Counted from the stretch's first letter, positions 25,980 to 44,479 are shown. The stretch: 64,000 nt of DNA from Zygnema circumcarinatum SAG 698-1b (GCA_037447605.1 CM074817.1:2046001-2110000); one strand, 5' to 3'. Notes: a model not told the origin generated them from the letters alone. A program made the numbers and translations.

Positions 25980-27548
25980 ATGGCTCGGAATGCCGCGCAT
26001 GGGGTCATGCGGAGGGAGCATCTTTCAGCGGCCATGGGGCTGCTTCCGAGAATCAGTATTCCCCTCTTTGGTGGGTCCTTCTCCCTCGCTTACTCGGACG
26101 CTGCGCCGAATACCGCTCTCGAATGTGCTGCAAGGCTCCGCCATAACGATGCGTTTCCCAGCGAGCAGCAGTCGGCCACTTCTGAGGCGCCCACTCCTGG
26201 TATGCTTGCTTACTTTTTAAGGCTGCGAAAATGAGTTGTTTATGAATCATTTTCAGAAGTGGTCCTTCAAACATTAGGAATGGACACATGCTCGATTGGC
26301 AGAGCATTGCGCAATGCAGCGAAAGAGATAGCGGCATTTCATCTGCATAGATGCTCCCCCGTGGTTCGTTTTACAAGTCTTAGTTGTAGTTTGGAATGAA
26401 TTTGTCCGTCTTGAAGCGGGCAAGATGCTTTAAATATTTAGGGTTTCCAAGGTGGTCAATTTCTGCAAAACATCAATAATCTTCATGACTTGCCAGCAAA
26501 TTCTCAATGTCGTTCCATTCAATTTCTGCTCATCAACTACACACTAGAACTTCAGGAATGCACCACTTTAGTATCATGGAGCCTACAATGCTTATCCTGA
26601 AGTCAGCTTGCTACCTTCACCAATTTACTGCGTATCATGAATTCACAGCCGGCTAACCAGTCACAACAATAATCAAATCTGCGGCCAAGCACCACGCAAT
26701 CTTAACGTGAATGATAAACAAACTTTTGTTGCATGTGCAGGGTGCCATCACAGGGAAGGCGCATTCTCTAATTCACAGGTGCTCGGAGCTCCGGCAGCCA
26801 TGGCTAGTGAGGGAGCTACAAGTGACCTTGCAGCTGAGAAGGGCGAGAGATCGAAACCGAAGACTGGGGCAAGGCGCAGTTTAATTGAAGTCCTGCGAAT
26901 TTTACCAAATTGGGGGGTTGGAGCACGGGTAGCGAAGTCACACTGGCAGGCAGGAAACTACTATGAAATAACAGTGGTGAAGCCGAAAGGAGTGAGTGTA
27001 GCCTGAACTGCCTATGATTGGGGGCTCTGTTGTCGCGGTTAAGCACTTCATGGTTGCGTTGTGCAGGCTTATGTTGAAGTATGGAGGGAAAGGGAGAGAG
27101 AGAGGGGGGGGTAGGAGATGAGAGAAAGAGGAAGAGGGAGAACTCCATGAAGAGTCGATTAATAACGATCATCGAGAAAACGATGTAGACAGTGTTTAAC
27201 GATGCTGTCTTCGGCGGGGGGTGGTTGCAGGGGAAGACGGGAACCGTTTTGGGGATTTATCATAACAGAGGTAAGAAAATAAGGAAACTCAGAAGCCCAC
27301 GACTATGTGTTTGAATCATGTTTCTTGTAAAGCTGCAAGTATTTTCCATGTATCCTCTGTGCGTCTGTTGGGCTTCTCAGATTTTGGCACAACAAATTTT
27401 TAGGGTTTCAGGAGCATGACTCTTGTATGGTTGGTTTTCTGCAGGGGAACCGGATACAGGTAAGGAAGATAAAGTAGGAGGCGTTGCAAAGAAAGGATGG
27501 CGCGAAGTAAAACCCGAAGAGAGTGCAGACGCATGGAAACGTGCTTAG
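25980..27548 (+). CDS. Mitochondrial ribosomal protein mS34-like; exons 25980-26199, 26741-26991, 27231-27270, 27445-27548
   Basis: RRSLIEVLRILPNWGVGARVAKSHW..GNYYEIT...GKTGTVLGIYHNRG...KVGGVAKKGWR resembles the MRP-S34 family. Phase-consistent GT-AG junctions; start is tentative. Confidence 0.7.
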
Positions 27549-28313
27549 AGTGTGATCGGAGGGAAAGAAAGGTTGAAGCTTCAATCTGTGCAAAGGGAAA
27601 GTTGACAGCCACACATAACATGTGCGCCTGTCGGAAGAAAGGTTCAAGGAGAGTAACATAGGAAACTAGGACATATTGAAAAGAAATCATGCTCAGGGAG
27701 TTTAGCTTTTACGGCGGAAGGATGGAGGGTATGGGATTGAGTCCTTAGGACCTGAAATTCGTCCCATCTGTCTTCCCCTTCTTGTCTTGTCTGTCAATCT
27801 CTTCATCTTCTTGTCTGTCAATAGTTATAGCTTTCTCTGGTTCTTTCAACAACGCCTTTATCCATTGACTCCTTGTAGAAATGGGTTCACCTTGGAGGTC
27901 GCTAATTTTCATGGAAAGGGGGGAAGGGGGGGAAGAGTGGGGGAAAGGGGGGAGAAAGAGAGAGGGAAAGAGAGAGAGAGGGATAAAAGGGAGGGGATTT
28001 GGCGGAGAGAGAGAGAGAGTAATCATTTTTTTTTTTTGTACTTTGTCATTGTCCAACAATGATAACAGTTTCTATTCCTTTCCTCATTCAATGTGCGGTC
28101 CAACCATGCATCTTGCTGCACAAATCTAGGAGTATGAGATATGTCCATCCCTCCAACCAACCGCGTACCCTATGCCCGGCCTACTGACCTCGAATGTAAC
28201 AATTATATACTGCAGAATGACATCTGCAATGCTCTATACAACTAAAACTGTGCTCCTGTCAAAATTTGAGTTTGAATCGAACGAGTCCAATTTCAAACCT
28301 TTCCCTAAATGTC

Positions 28314-31300
28314 CTATCCCGAAACAGCCTCTCCTTTCTCGTTTTCTGTCACATTGGTCTCCGTTTCAGATCCTGTCCGCTTCCCATACAAAGATTTGTA
28401 CACCGGCAAAGTCCTCAATGTGAGGACGATGTTCATCCCCACTCCCACAAAGCACACAACCATCATGATAAAAAAGGTCAACCTAAAACAATGCGCGCCA
28501 TGGCACGTTTCCCTCCCTCCAATCATCCCAATTTCTGAACCCACCTCATCAAAAAACCCCAACGACCCCAAGTTCCCATTTGAAGAACCAAGAGCCCCAG
28601 AGCTTCCCTGAGATAGGAACACTCCCTTTAATCCGTTGACTATGGCATTTCCGGTGTCGATTCCCCCCTCTTTAGCCGCCTCTAACTCGTAAAGATACGA
28701 AGCAATAAGACTTGAACAAACAAAGGACCCAACTGGGGTCGCAATAGTGAGAGTGTTGTACACCATCCCAAAATGTTTCAAGCCGAAAAGCTCACTCGCC
28801 ATGGCGGGCATTATCGCCCAGTGAGCTCCATAACCGAACCCAACTATGAGCGAACCTCCATAGAGAGAGTTGGGAGAGGCTATGGCGAAGAGGAGGTGCC
28901 CAGCCGCCATAGCCATTTGGGCCACTCCGAGAACGATAGCTCGAGGGAGAGCATAGTTTCTGTGCACCCCCCCATAAAGTTTAGGGTCAGAAAGGGAAGG
29001 GTTTGAAAAGGAAGCAGGTTCCCTACTCGAGCTTTTTTGGTCTCGGATACTTTTTTGGATTTTTGAGGAGTTCAAAATTTCGTCTCTTGAAACAGAGATT
29101 TAATTTAAATTTAAATTCAATTTAAGAGCTTAGCATTTAGAGTCTCTATTCTGAAAGATATGCGCCATGTATCTAGGGTTCAGAAAGAGCGCTGAAGTAT
29201 GAATAAAAGACTTCAGTGCTTTACCACTGAGAAGAGAGCAGAATGAGAAGGAGCATTCGTTAGTGAAAGCGATTAACTTACTTCACAAGATGCTCTGAAA
29301 CAAACCCCGTCAATAGTCGACCATAGAAATTCGATATGGAGACCATTGCTACAAAAGTTCGCACATTAGAGTATCCTTGAGCCGCACCCATCTGCGCGAG
29401 ATTGTTAATCACCACTAACCCTGACCCACATCCGCAAAGAACGGACCAAAAAAGAAGCCAAAAGTCTGCCTTCACTAAAGCCTGCACGAGAGTGAAATTC
29501 TCTCCCCGGCGAGGTCCCTTCCTTCTTCTACTAAGTCTTACTGCTCCTTGACCAACCGCCATAAGAATTACAGAACGTCTCCTGTTATATGGGCTTCCAA
29601 GAGCACTTTCTAAAATTGGGGTTCTACTTAATTGGGCCTCTCGTTTCTCCATTTCCCCTCCTTCTTTCTCATCCGCACTGAATAGATCATCGCTGAAGTA
29701 TCCGCTCGGAATTTTAGTTAATTTGGGAGACTCTTTGAAAATGGGCTCTTCACAATTGGGAAGCTGATGGTGGTTACAAGATTGCCGTCTTTCAAATATT
29801 GTTGGTAGAGCATTGGATGAGGGGTGCAAAGGGGGTCGAAGGTTCGAGAATGTCTCGGCGGAGGAATGTGAATTGATGGAATTAGCAGTCGTAGCAGGGG
29901 CCCTCTTCGCAATATATTGATCATGGGGATATTCTGAATCAGACCCACAATGGGTTTTTTCGGCTGTAGAAAATATAGAAGCTGGTAAACCGGTCTTTAC
30001 CTCGATTTTCTCCTTTTCTTCGAAGATTTGTCCTTGTGTTTCCTCGAACTTGTCCGCCGTTTCGTGCCCAAGAAGCAGCGGCGTTTCCATGTCAATAGTT
30101 AAATCCGTTGACCTCTCGTTCCCATGTTCCGAAGTTGCATGGGAGAGGGGGTTCCATTTGACGGCCGAAATCATTAACTTGAGGGGAACGAGAAGGGGAA
30201 GTATCAAAATGGAAATCGTGCTGCTGCATATTACGACGCTTACCTGTTGTTGAAACTCAATACGAAAAAAAGTAATAGTAATAAGTAATAGTAACAAGTA
30301 AACAAAGTAAGTAAATTTTGTTTGTACAAAACAAACAAATTAAACTAAATTCATTTCAATATCTACTCGATCAAAAGCCACACATGCAGAAAGACACAAC
30401 ACAGAAGACAAGGGAGGGGGGGGGAACTTGAAGACGAATGTTTTTCAGAGAATTTTGCGTCTCCAGAAACAGAAGCAATACTCTCCAGATAGCTGTAGTG
30501 TGACCAAAGTGGTAAGGGCATTTCTTACAAACCCATACAACGAAGAATTTCAAACTTAAAAAAAAAACAAAAAAAAAATGTACCTTGTGAGGTACTTCGA
30601 ACTGATCTTGCGCGAGCATGGCAACCAAAATGTAAGCGGCCAATCCTGAGAGCAGAAGAATGATGATGTTGAAATTGGTCAACTCCTCCTCCTCACTTTC
30701 TGTCTCTTCCACTGACGGGTCAACCGGCCTGTTACACACATCCAAGAAAACGAAGTGCCCTTCCCCCCAAAATCAAATCAGTTACTTGAAAAAAAAAAAA
30801 AAAACCCCGGTCATAAAATCTTTCCAAGAAACTGAAATTAGTCAAGCTTGGAGATCATTAGAATTTCAACCCAGCACTTTTAGAAACTGCTCCTGCTGCT
30901 TTCGTCACCTCTTTCTACCGTTCCCTCCCCAAGAAACAAGAGTTGAATCTTCCTACTAACCCCCCACCTCCGCCTTCAAAGCTAGCGCTAACCCTCNNNN
31001 NNNNNNCCCCCTCCCCTCCCCCTCCCCCTCCCCCTCCCGCTCCCTCTCCCTCTCCCTCTCCCTCTCTCCGCACCTTATCATGAACATGGTCCCCACGGCG
31101 ACGACGGCGGGCAGCAGTGCGAGCATGAGCACGAACTTCCGTTGGTCGTAACTGAGAAAGGCCGCATAGAACTGCATGAAGAGTCCCCCCGAGAGCCCCA
31201 CGAGCCCCTTGAGCGTGCCCACCACGGCCCCTCTCACACGTGGGAAACTGCGCACGCTCGTCACCAGCACCGCCGTGTTGAAGTACGCCATGCCCTGTGA

Positions 31301-31911
31301 CCCCACCACAAGCAGAGCGCACATCTGCGGACAATATATCGCCCCCCCACATACCCCCAGCGAGAGAGAGAGAGAGGGAGAGGGAGAGGGAGAGGGAGAG
31401 GGAGAGAGAGAGGGGGGGAGGGAGGGAGAGAGAGAGAGTTGTGTCAGTGCTTGGAATTCAGAGACATCAAAGAAAGAGGGCAAGAAGGAAGGATGAAGAA
31501 CAAGAAACGGCCAAAGATATAACTCCTTTCACAGTTTTCTCCCTTTTCTGTCCACTTTGCCGCAGTTTCCATTCCTGTCTACATTGGCCTCTCCAACTCC
31601 GTCTCCTTAATCCCCCACACCTTTTATCTCCCTTTTCCCGCCAGGCCTCATGCCCCCTCTCTCGACTTACCCCCTCCTCCAGTTAACCNNNNNNNNNNCA
31701 CGCTCTCGCCGAGGTCCTTGGCGACGGCGAGTGCGCCCACTTGGACCTGCGAATAAGCGAGGGCGCCCTTCAGCACGGGGGAGTAGATCGCGAATGTGGA
31801 AGAGCCGCCGGCGGAAGCCATCCACATGCAGCCGACCAGGCTCAGCCATCGCCGGGTGCCGGGGGGAAGGCGGAGGCGGGGCTTTCGGGATGGGGAGTGG
31901 GTGGGGGTCAT
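28314..31911 (-). CDS. Nodulin-like / NFD4-like MFS transporter (two N gaps inside; the one at 31689 hides coding sequence)
   Basis: RWLSLVGCMWMAS...AKDLG, YFNTAVLVTSVRSFPRVRGAVVGTLKGLVGLSG, ENFTLVQALVKADFWLLF, SISNFYGRL, GFGYGAHWAIMPAMASELFGLKHFG, CHGAHCFRLTF. Confidence 0.92.
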
Positions 31912-33314
31912 CGTGGAAGAGGGGAGGGGGCGAATGGGGGAGGGGGAGAGAGGGAGAGGGGGAGGGAGAGAGGGAGAGGTAGAGGAGGAGAGGAGAGGGA
32001 GAGAGAGAGAGGGAGAAAATGTTAGGGGGAGAGTGGGAGAGAGGGAAAGAGAGGGGGTGGGGGAGAGAGGGAGGGAGAGGGGGAGGGGGAGAAAACGAGA
32101 GGGGGAGAGAGGGAGAGAGAGGGAGAGGGGGAAAAAATGAGAGGGGGAGAGAGGGAGGGAGAGAGAGAGAGGGAGAGGAAGAGAGCGAGGGAAAGAGGGA
32201 GGGAGAGGGGGAGAGAGGGAGAAAGAGGGGGGAGAAAACGAGAGGGGGAGAGAGGGAGGGAGAGGGAGAGAGGGAGAGGAAGAGAGTGAGGGAAAGGAGG
32301 GAGAGGGGGAGAGAGGGAGAAAGAGTGGGAGAGGGAGAGAGAGAGGGAGGGGGCGAGTGGGAGAGTGGTAGGGAGAGGGTGGAGGCGACCGGGAGAGGGA
32401 GTAAGGGAACCGGGCGTTACCACTCCTCGCTGTCCTCGAACAGCGGAGAGGTGTCGTGGCATGTGCCACGTGGCGGCTCGCAGGGCGTCCGTGGCATGTG
32501 ACCGACATATGCCGTACATTGACTCCTCGACAAGTCAAAGGGGTAACCGCATCCGTACGATGTTCGTACAGCGGGCGGCGTTGCTTTCGAAAAGCGGAGG
32601 TTGATATTTGGCGTTTGCGTAACGACTTTTGGACGGTTCCATGTGAGCCCCGTAGCGGCGAACGCGAAACTGTGGGCCACTACATGAAACGGCAGATAAC
32701 GTAACGCGATCCGTAAAACTGAGAGGGTACTTTGTGCGCGGTTGGTTCCTCGTGGTTCCCCATGTTGTTGTTGAACATGCGCGTCCCAGGGCATGGCCAT
32801 GCGTGGAACCAATGCCAATTCGTTCCCTCCCTCCTCCCTTGGGCATTAGGGCGGTAAAGTCGAGCAGCTCTAGCCAAACGCCACAATCCCGAAAAGGACA
32901 GACTTTGCCCTCACTTCCAATTAGCTTCTTCTTTCACTTCCACAAGAAAAAATGACGCGAGAATGGTCCGAAAACTCATAGAATCCTCAACCCTAAAACC
33001 CTAAAGCCCTAAAACCTTACCGGCTCAATGTACGGCCGTCTACTGGAGCGACACGCGGCCTTTCTGAGAACCACAGCAGTGACAGCACAAGCCGTACGCT
33101 TCACATTCCGTACAGTACTCCGACGGAAACTGTATGGTACTGTACTGCGGTAACCGTCGCAACTGACACGGTTGCCGTACACACTCAATCAGCTTCTGGC
33201 CAATCACGTTGCGTTGTCACGTGACACTGCCACGTGGCGCCTCACCCATCAGTCCCCGCAAGCGACAAGCTGCGCCGCGCCCCCACCCGCCGCCGGCGCG
33301 GGCGGGAGTCGAGC

Positions 33315-33646
33315 ATGGCCGCCGAGCCGGGTAGGGAGGAGAGAGAAGGGAGACGGCAGAGAGGGAGGGAGGGAGGACAGAGGATAGAAGAGAGAGGGAG
33401 ACAGAGAGGAGCCATTGTTATTTCTTACCTGCTTCAGGTTCTGCCACGTGTCAGCAGTGCAGCAATGGACAACAGCGACTAGCGCAATGCTATGGGACCT
33501 TTTTTGTCACTCAGGGGTTGAAGGCCAATGGCCGATGTTTCCTTATGTTTTTGGCCCTTTCAAGCGCACCTCATGCTTGGATAACGGCTTGGAAAAGGGC
33601 ATCCAAGTCTGCTAATGTGCAGTGCGAGGGATTTGACCTCGCGTGA
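33315..33646 (+). CDS. Putative small spliced ORF (~74 aa, unknown): exons 33315-33330 and 33438-33646
   Basis: gagcATGG start, GTAGGG donor, cttcAG acceptor keeping the frame. Upstream G-boxes (CACGTG x2), telo-like motifs and a GTAC cluster. No recognisable family. Confidence 0.25.
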
Positions 33647-34059
33647 AAATGAAACTTGTTTATGTTTATGTTTTACTCGTCTTTCTTTTTGCTTGTTCTG
33701 CTTTTGCTCTTGCTTTCGCCAGCAATGTGCAACTAATGTTGCAGCGGTTGGCTGAACTTAGTTTCTGTTTATGTCAATGTTGGAGATGCCTGCTTGCTTG
33801 TTGACAGCCCAACGACGGGTTTTTAAGGTTTGTAGGGTTGAGCATAACACAAAAACATAGAAATGGGAAAAAAGAAATAAATAGAGGGATCGCCATTTTT
33901 TAAAAAAACCACGAGGAAATACCTTCCAGGTCAAAACTTCTCTCAGAAACCTCTCTCCCTTCTAAATCTGCACTCAAACCACCTTCCTAACCACCAAGAA
34001 AAAACCACTCCCTTGAGGAGGGGGGAGGTTCTGAAACAGTGAGCCTGCTTCCCGCGAAT

Positions 34060-38637
<4,578 letters not shown>

Positions 38638-38935
38638 GGAGAGAATTTGTCCGAGTTTAGGGATGATAATTTAGGGCTTCAATGCTTTTGGGGCCTTTCC
38701 AGAATGTGAGATTTTAGGGTTAGAGCATCAGAATGCAGTGCCTCAAATGGAGGCTGAAGGAGTGCTGACAGACGAGAGGGAGGACTGCCCTCCATTGCGA
38801 GCTCACTCGAGCAGCTTCCAATAGCAACTCACCACGTGCACATTTGTGCATACGTGGCGAATCACCATTGGATGATGCCCGACTGCACGTCCCACCCTAA
38901 ATGGCTCATTCACCATTCTTTTCTCTTTCCCCCCA

Positions 38936-38981
<46 letters not shown>

Positions 38982-38985
38982 CGCC

Positions 38986-40305
38986 ATGCCGCGCTACACG
39001 ACGTCGCAGACGTTCACAGAAGGCAACACGCAGATAGTGGCTCTGCCGGACCCCGCTGCAGCAGATGCTGAGGACCGCACAGGGACCGCTGCTCCCGAGG
39101 AGGAGGCATTGGAGCTGAAGCTGCAACGCATTACAGAGCAGGTCCCTGTTCGCATCAGTAACACTTCAGGCAGTTCCGCGGGCTCCGGCAGTGGAGACTT
39201 CCATCAGGTGAGGCCCCCCATCTGCGATACAGCTCGGCTGGGTTGGGGAGGGAAGGCTGTAGGGAGTCCATGGGGGCTGCAATTTTAATTTTTAGAGAAG
39301 GGCGTGGAAGGTTCTTTATCTGATTGAAGTGAAGTATGAAGTGTGGAAATTGAACCAGAGGGGGTTTTGTGGAAGTGCACTAAGCGCATTCAGTTTAATG
39401 GCGTATTTTATCATTCTATCATTCTTGATGAAGCCATCGCACAGTTGGGTTTTCGACTGGAGGCATCCTCTTGGTGCTGGCGATCCTCTTGTTGCCTTAC
39501 TGAGTTGGATACGACGTTATTTCTATCTTTCTTACTACGAGCAAGGGTTGAGACATGGCACTTTTGTGAGGAAGAGAGAGGAGAGAGAGTCCCTCACCTA
39601 CATGCTGAAATTCGCCAGAATTTCAAACATGGCGAAGGTGAAATGAGGCCGATTTTAGGAAGGTCTTAGTGGAGGCTGATACAAGCTGTGCAGAAACACT
39701 CCTTTACCCCAAGTTTCTCGAATTCAGAAACCGCAGGCAGCTGAAGTATTGTAGAATGGTTAATTTGGACAAGTGGCAGCAGCAAAGGTGACCGAGGGGG
39801 CCAGTGGGGCTGCTCTGATTGCAGCTTGGAAGTGCTGGGGGGGCGCACAGTACCGCCAAATGAGACGGCACGAACAGGACCGCCTGATGCGCATGGAAAT
39901 CGACTTCCATAAGCGGAAAGAAAAATCAGAATTCGAGGAGCGAAGGTGCGTTATGTTCGTGCTTAAAGAATTGGAAATTTGCGGAGAAATTGGCGGAATG
40001 TAGTTAGTTACATTGAAGCTTGCTATTGAATTTGGGAGTTTTTCAGTATATATGTGTTTGTTTTCTGGGAAAGGCTGAGTTGGGGTTTGGTTGGGAATTG
40101 CAGATTGAAGAGAATACAAGAATCCGAGGAACGTACAGCGAAGAAACGAGCAAAGAGGCAGAAAAAGAAGGAGAAGAAGAAGAAGGTGAAGCTGCCTGAT
40201 GGGTCGGACGCACCTGCTCAAGCAGGGACTAAGGGAGAGGGAGAGCAATCTGGGGGGGAGAGTGAGGGAGACGAAGGGGTGGTCCCGCAGGAAGCACTCG
40301 ACTGA
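38986..40305 (+). CDS. PRKRIP1: PRKR-interacting protein 1 (DUF1168) homolog; exons 38986-39207, 39851-39945, 40104-40305
   Basis: PVRISNTSGSSAGSGSGDFHQ|YRQMRRHEQDRL...EERTAKKRAKRQKKKEKK is the family signature. Confidence 0.92.
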
Positions 40306-41317
40306 GTCGCAAAAGATAACGCAATTGTATTGAAATTAGGGCTCTAAGTTTTGTCAAATTGAATCCTTTTTACCTCTCAACAGGATCAGGTTGTGCCCTA
40401 TGGGGTTCTCTTTACAGAGGGCTATATCTGGCTGCACACCGGGCCCTACTGTTAACTGTTAGCTTCGGTTGGAATCAAATGTCCTTCAGGTTTTTGTAGT
40501 TTTTGTAGGTCAAATGTTGAGGATGGTATGACCTCTCTTACTGTTAAAGATAAGGAAAAAAAAAAAAAAAATTGCAAATCGCAATGAACATGAAGACCAA
40601 ACCAAACTCTCCTTGTGAAGGCTTCAAGGCTGAGTTCATGCGTCGAGCCGTTCCCTGTATGTACATGCCGTGAATCCGTTTAACTAGGAGACACAATTCC
40701 AGTTGTTCCGTGTAATTAGCAGTCAGAATGTCCCTCTAGCTCGCATCCAAGTCCTTTCGTCGAATTTAAAACAATCAAATGGGGAGACGGATTGAACACC
40801 CTCCCCCTTGCCAAGAGATATTTCAACTAAAACCCTATGGTCTTCCATGTGAAGGGCTATCTCACATCCAAGGTAAGTGCGCATCAGACATTTCCTCTTT
40901 ATCACTATTGAACAAACTCAAAGCCTAGTTGCAATCACACAAAGCTACCATTGCTAGTTAGCGTTGCGATCCCTAATTGGGCGGATCGGACCCAAACTTC
41001 CATCATTGAACATGCCGGCGGCGAAACGACCCATGCAAGCGTGCCTTTGTGCCTCTCAAGGCGCGCTTTTGCGTTGGCAGGCCAGCAGGGCAGCGAAGGA
41101 GAGGCCGTGTTTTGCATGTGGCTTACCTATCTTTGGCGAATTTTGCGATGGAGAATGCTGGGGTCTCCGGAACGTCTTGGTTCTTTGAAAAAGGGGGCTA
41201 ATAAAGGAGGGTAACGAAAGGTGGAGGGAGAAGAGGGGAAGAGGAAGAGAAAGATAGAGAGGGCGAGAGAGCAAGCGAGCGAGCGAGGGAGGGAGGGAGA
41301 GGGAGAGAGAGAGAGAT

Positions 41318-43089
41318 ATGGCGGCGCCAAAGGCACGGAAAATCCTTGTGGCAGTGGACGGGTCCGATGTCTCTAAGCGGGTGAGCCTGCTTGCTGCACT
41401 TCAGACTCTTTAGGAAAAAAAACTTCACATCCGTGCTCTTCAACTTCCGAAGTTGTAGAAGTATATGCCGCATGCGGGTAATGGTCGAGCGTACAGTCTA
41501 ATGACTCTAGTCCTGAACTTGCATGACCGGTTTATCGACTTCCATATGCATGGCGGTGCTAGTCTCTTTCATCAACATCAGGACTGCGGTTTATAGTTGG
41601 CCGTACGGTAGGCTTACACTCTTTTCCTTTTCGTAACTCTGCAAGCAAGCATCCCCTGTCCTATGCATCGCTTGCAGGCCCTGGAATACGGGATTTCTTT
41701 GGCGCGGCCGGAGGACACAATTGTAGCCCTCCATGTGGAGTCCAAATTCCAAGGTAATTCTTTACTTCTTTGCTGCAATAGGTTCCACTTTCTTTTTATG
41801 AAAGCTATTTGAATTTACCCTGACGGCGATGCCTGTCCTGCTCTTACGCTAAGCAGTTCACAAATAAGAAAGATACACAAAAGGGGCGAATACGTCCATT
41901 TTCGTGTTTTATTCGATGGTTGGTCATTCTCTGCCTGACCCTTCTTTTTGTTTCGCAGAGGAGGTAGAAGGCCCTCTCCCTTCAGACGTTCTTGTGAGCC
42001 TTGAAAAGGAGCTGGACAAGCGCGGAGGGAACATTCTGAAGGAGTGCCAAGATAAGGCGGAAAAGCACGGAGTGAGCAATCTGTTTACTCCCTCCCTCTC
42101 CCTCCCTCTCCCTCCCTCTCCCTCCCTCCCTCCCTCCCTCCCTCCCTCCCTCCCTCCCTCCCTCCCTCCCTCCCACACTCCCTCTTCCTCCTTCCTCCCT
42201 CCCTTGCTCCCCCTCTCCCTCGCTCTCCCTCCCTCCCCTCCTTGCTCCCTCTCCCTCCCTCCCTCCCTCCCTCCCTCCCTCCCTCCCTCCCTCCCGTCGC
42301 CATGGCGGAGCAGCAGGAGGCCGAGTTCGGACAAGTACTTTTTCCCTTTCTAGCTTAAAATGGGATAGACCAGAGGGAGAGCGGGTGGTTGGAGGCGACC
42401 GTCCTCAAATCTTAACAAGAAAAACTTCTTTTCACTATTTTATGATTAAGATGAAAGGACTTTTAGCAGCTTTGTTGGAGGTGCAGGTGAATTACAACGG
42501 CCTCCTTGTTAAAGGAGACCCTCGTACTGAAATCGTGGACATTGCCGACAAGGAGCAGGCGGACATGGTCGTTGTGGGGAACCGTGGTCGGAGCGCTCTG
42601 AAAAGGTTTGCCCTTTTTCTAACCTCAACCTGCTTCTGTTGCAACTAGCATTATCCATAGATCAGCCAGCTTTAGGCTACCTTTAACCCAGATGATAACT
42701 TTAACCTAAAGTTGCTTCATTCGCACATGGAACGCACTGAAAGGTGAGGAGGGCGTGCAGGCCTGCTCTCACTCCCATTCTCTTTCCCTATTTCTCTCCC
42801 TCTCATTTCCTACCCAGAGACTGATCCAGGATTTTAGTTCAAAGGGGGCTCACTAGTGGGTTGGGCAAAAAAAAATAAAAAATCGAGTGCTATTTAACCT
42901 TCAAAGGCGAACAGCTTTTCAAAATCTGAGGGGTAGGTAAGCCCTCTCTGCCCCTACCTTGAGCACCGAACTAATGCGAAGCTTTCGGAGCCTTTGGGGC
43001 TGCGCAGGATGCTGTTGGGCAGTGTGAGTGAGTTTGTGGTGCACAACAGCCCCTGCCCTGTGCTCGTAGTGCGCGACCATCAGAAGTAG
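41318..43089 (+). CDS. Universal stress protein A-like; exons 41318-41380, 41678-41753, 41959-42071, 42487-42605, 43008-43089
   Basis: KILVAVDGS, GDPRTEIVDIADKEQADMVVVGNRGRSALKRMLLGSVSEFVVHNSPCPVLVVR. Confidence 0.93.
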
Positions 43090-44479
43090 CGCCCTCCCTC
43101 CCTCCCTCAAGCAGAGCGGTCTCTCTCTTTTGGCGAACGAACACCCAAAGTCAGGAGGGCCGAGTTGGGGCCTCCACAAAGCTGCTCGAAGTTAGTTAGT
43201 TAGTTAGTTAGTGACTGACCCATGTGGGGCTAAGCGCGGACGTGTTGTTGATCACAGACAGACTTGTCACATTAAAGAGGCATTAAGGAGAGGCGTGCGA
43301 TGGGTTGTTTCTCAGGAGCTCACACACTCTCATGGGCTATAGTATGTAGTTTGTAGTGTACATGTTGGAGTTGCCTTTTGCCTTTTGGAGAAGCATAACA
43401 ATGCAGCCGTCTTGAGAGAAAGAAACCGGCCATACAAGAGAGGTTGTGGCATGCTCTTGCTAGTATGGTTGATGTTTGTGTGCGCTTTTCCATGCACATC
43501 ACCATCATGGTTTGCCCCATGGCACTGTGATGGCCATCACCACATGCATGCCCATGCAAGAAGCCGCAGTCCGCCATCGCATCGTACGGTCGGTGCGCCC
43601 CCCGCCCGAAAGCGATCCGACGGTGGGACAGGCCAATGACGTCACATCAAACTCGCCACGTCATCACTTTCAAAGCTAGGGTGTTGTGCTGTTCGGCGTT
43701 CAGCGGTGAGCGTTGGAAACTGGAGCATGGAACGGCCCTGAACCCCGGTCAGAAAAAGTCGAGGGCGCGCGCGCTGATTGGCTGGCGGGTCGGCCTTATC
43801 TTTTTCCGTAAGCGGAATTTTTGTTTTGGGCGCGCGCGGAAGGAGCGGGCCGGCAAACGCGGCCTTTTGGTGACGTCACGGGCAGAAAACAATATCTGCA
43901 GGGACTCGAAATTATTTAAAAAAAAATGGAAATGATTCCTTGTGAAGGGACTCTCGGACTGACCGTAGAAAAAATAAAATAAATTTTGATTTTTGTCCGA
44001 GAAATAAAACCAAAATGAGTACCCCAACGCATATATCCTAGTGGGTGGAGTACGTGTTTTTTAACGCTTTTCGTAAGATATTGATTATTCTGACACCGGC
44101 TATTAAAACGAATACGAAACGTTTTGGGGGCAGAATAAAAGTTTCCATAACCTATTTTTGTCCCGTTGTGCATTCCGAAGGTTCCGGAAACCGCTGCCCG
44201 ATTGGAAAATTTCACGACGGCAATTATTTGAGGCCGTCCAGGTTTCTGACTTATTGCTCGGTTTGCAGTTTGCGGTTTTTCAGGTTTTGGCAGAGCACTG
44301 GACCGACATAGGGCCGTTCTATAAGGGAAAACGACAGCAGTAAGAAAGAGAGCTCGAGAGAGGGAGAGAGAAGAGAGGAAGAGAGAGAGAGGGAGAAAGG
44401 GAGAGAGAGAAAGAGGGAGGGCGGGAAAGGAAGAGAACGAAAAGAGAGGAGGGAGAACGGGAGAGAGAGGGGAGCAGCC

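Noticed and set aside
25569-26021. 150-aa minus ORF and a stop-interrupted plus frame upstream of mS34
   Set aside because: No recognisable motif; stop density in the plus frame matches random expectation.
39343-39669. 108-aa ORF inside PRKRIP1 intron 1
   Set aside because: No motif or clear start context; it lies within a well-defined intron.
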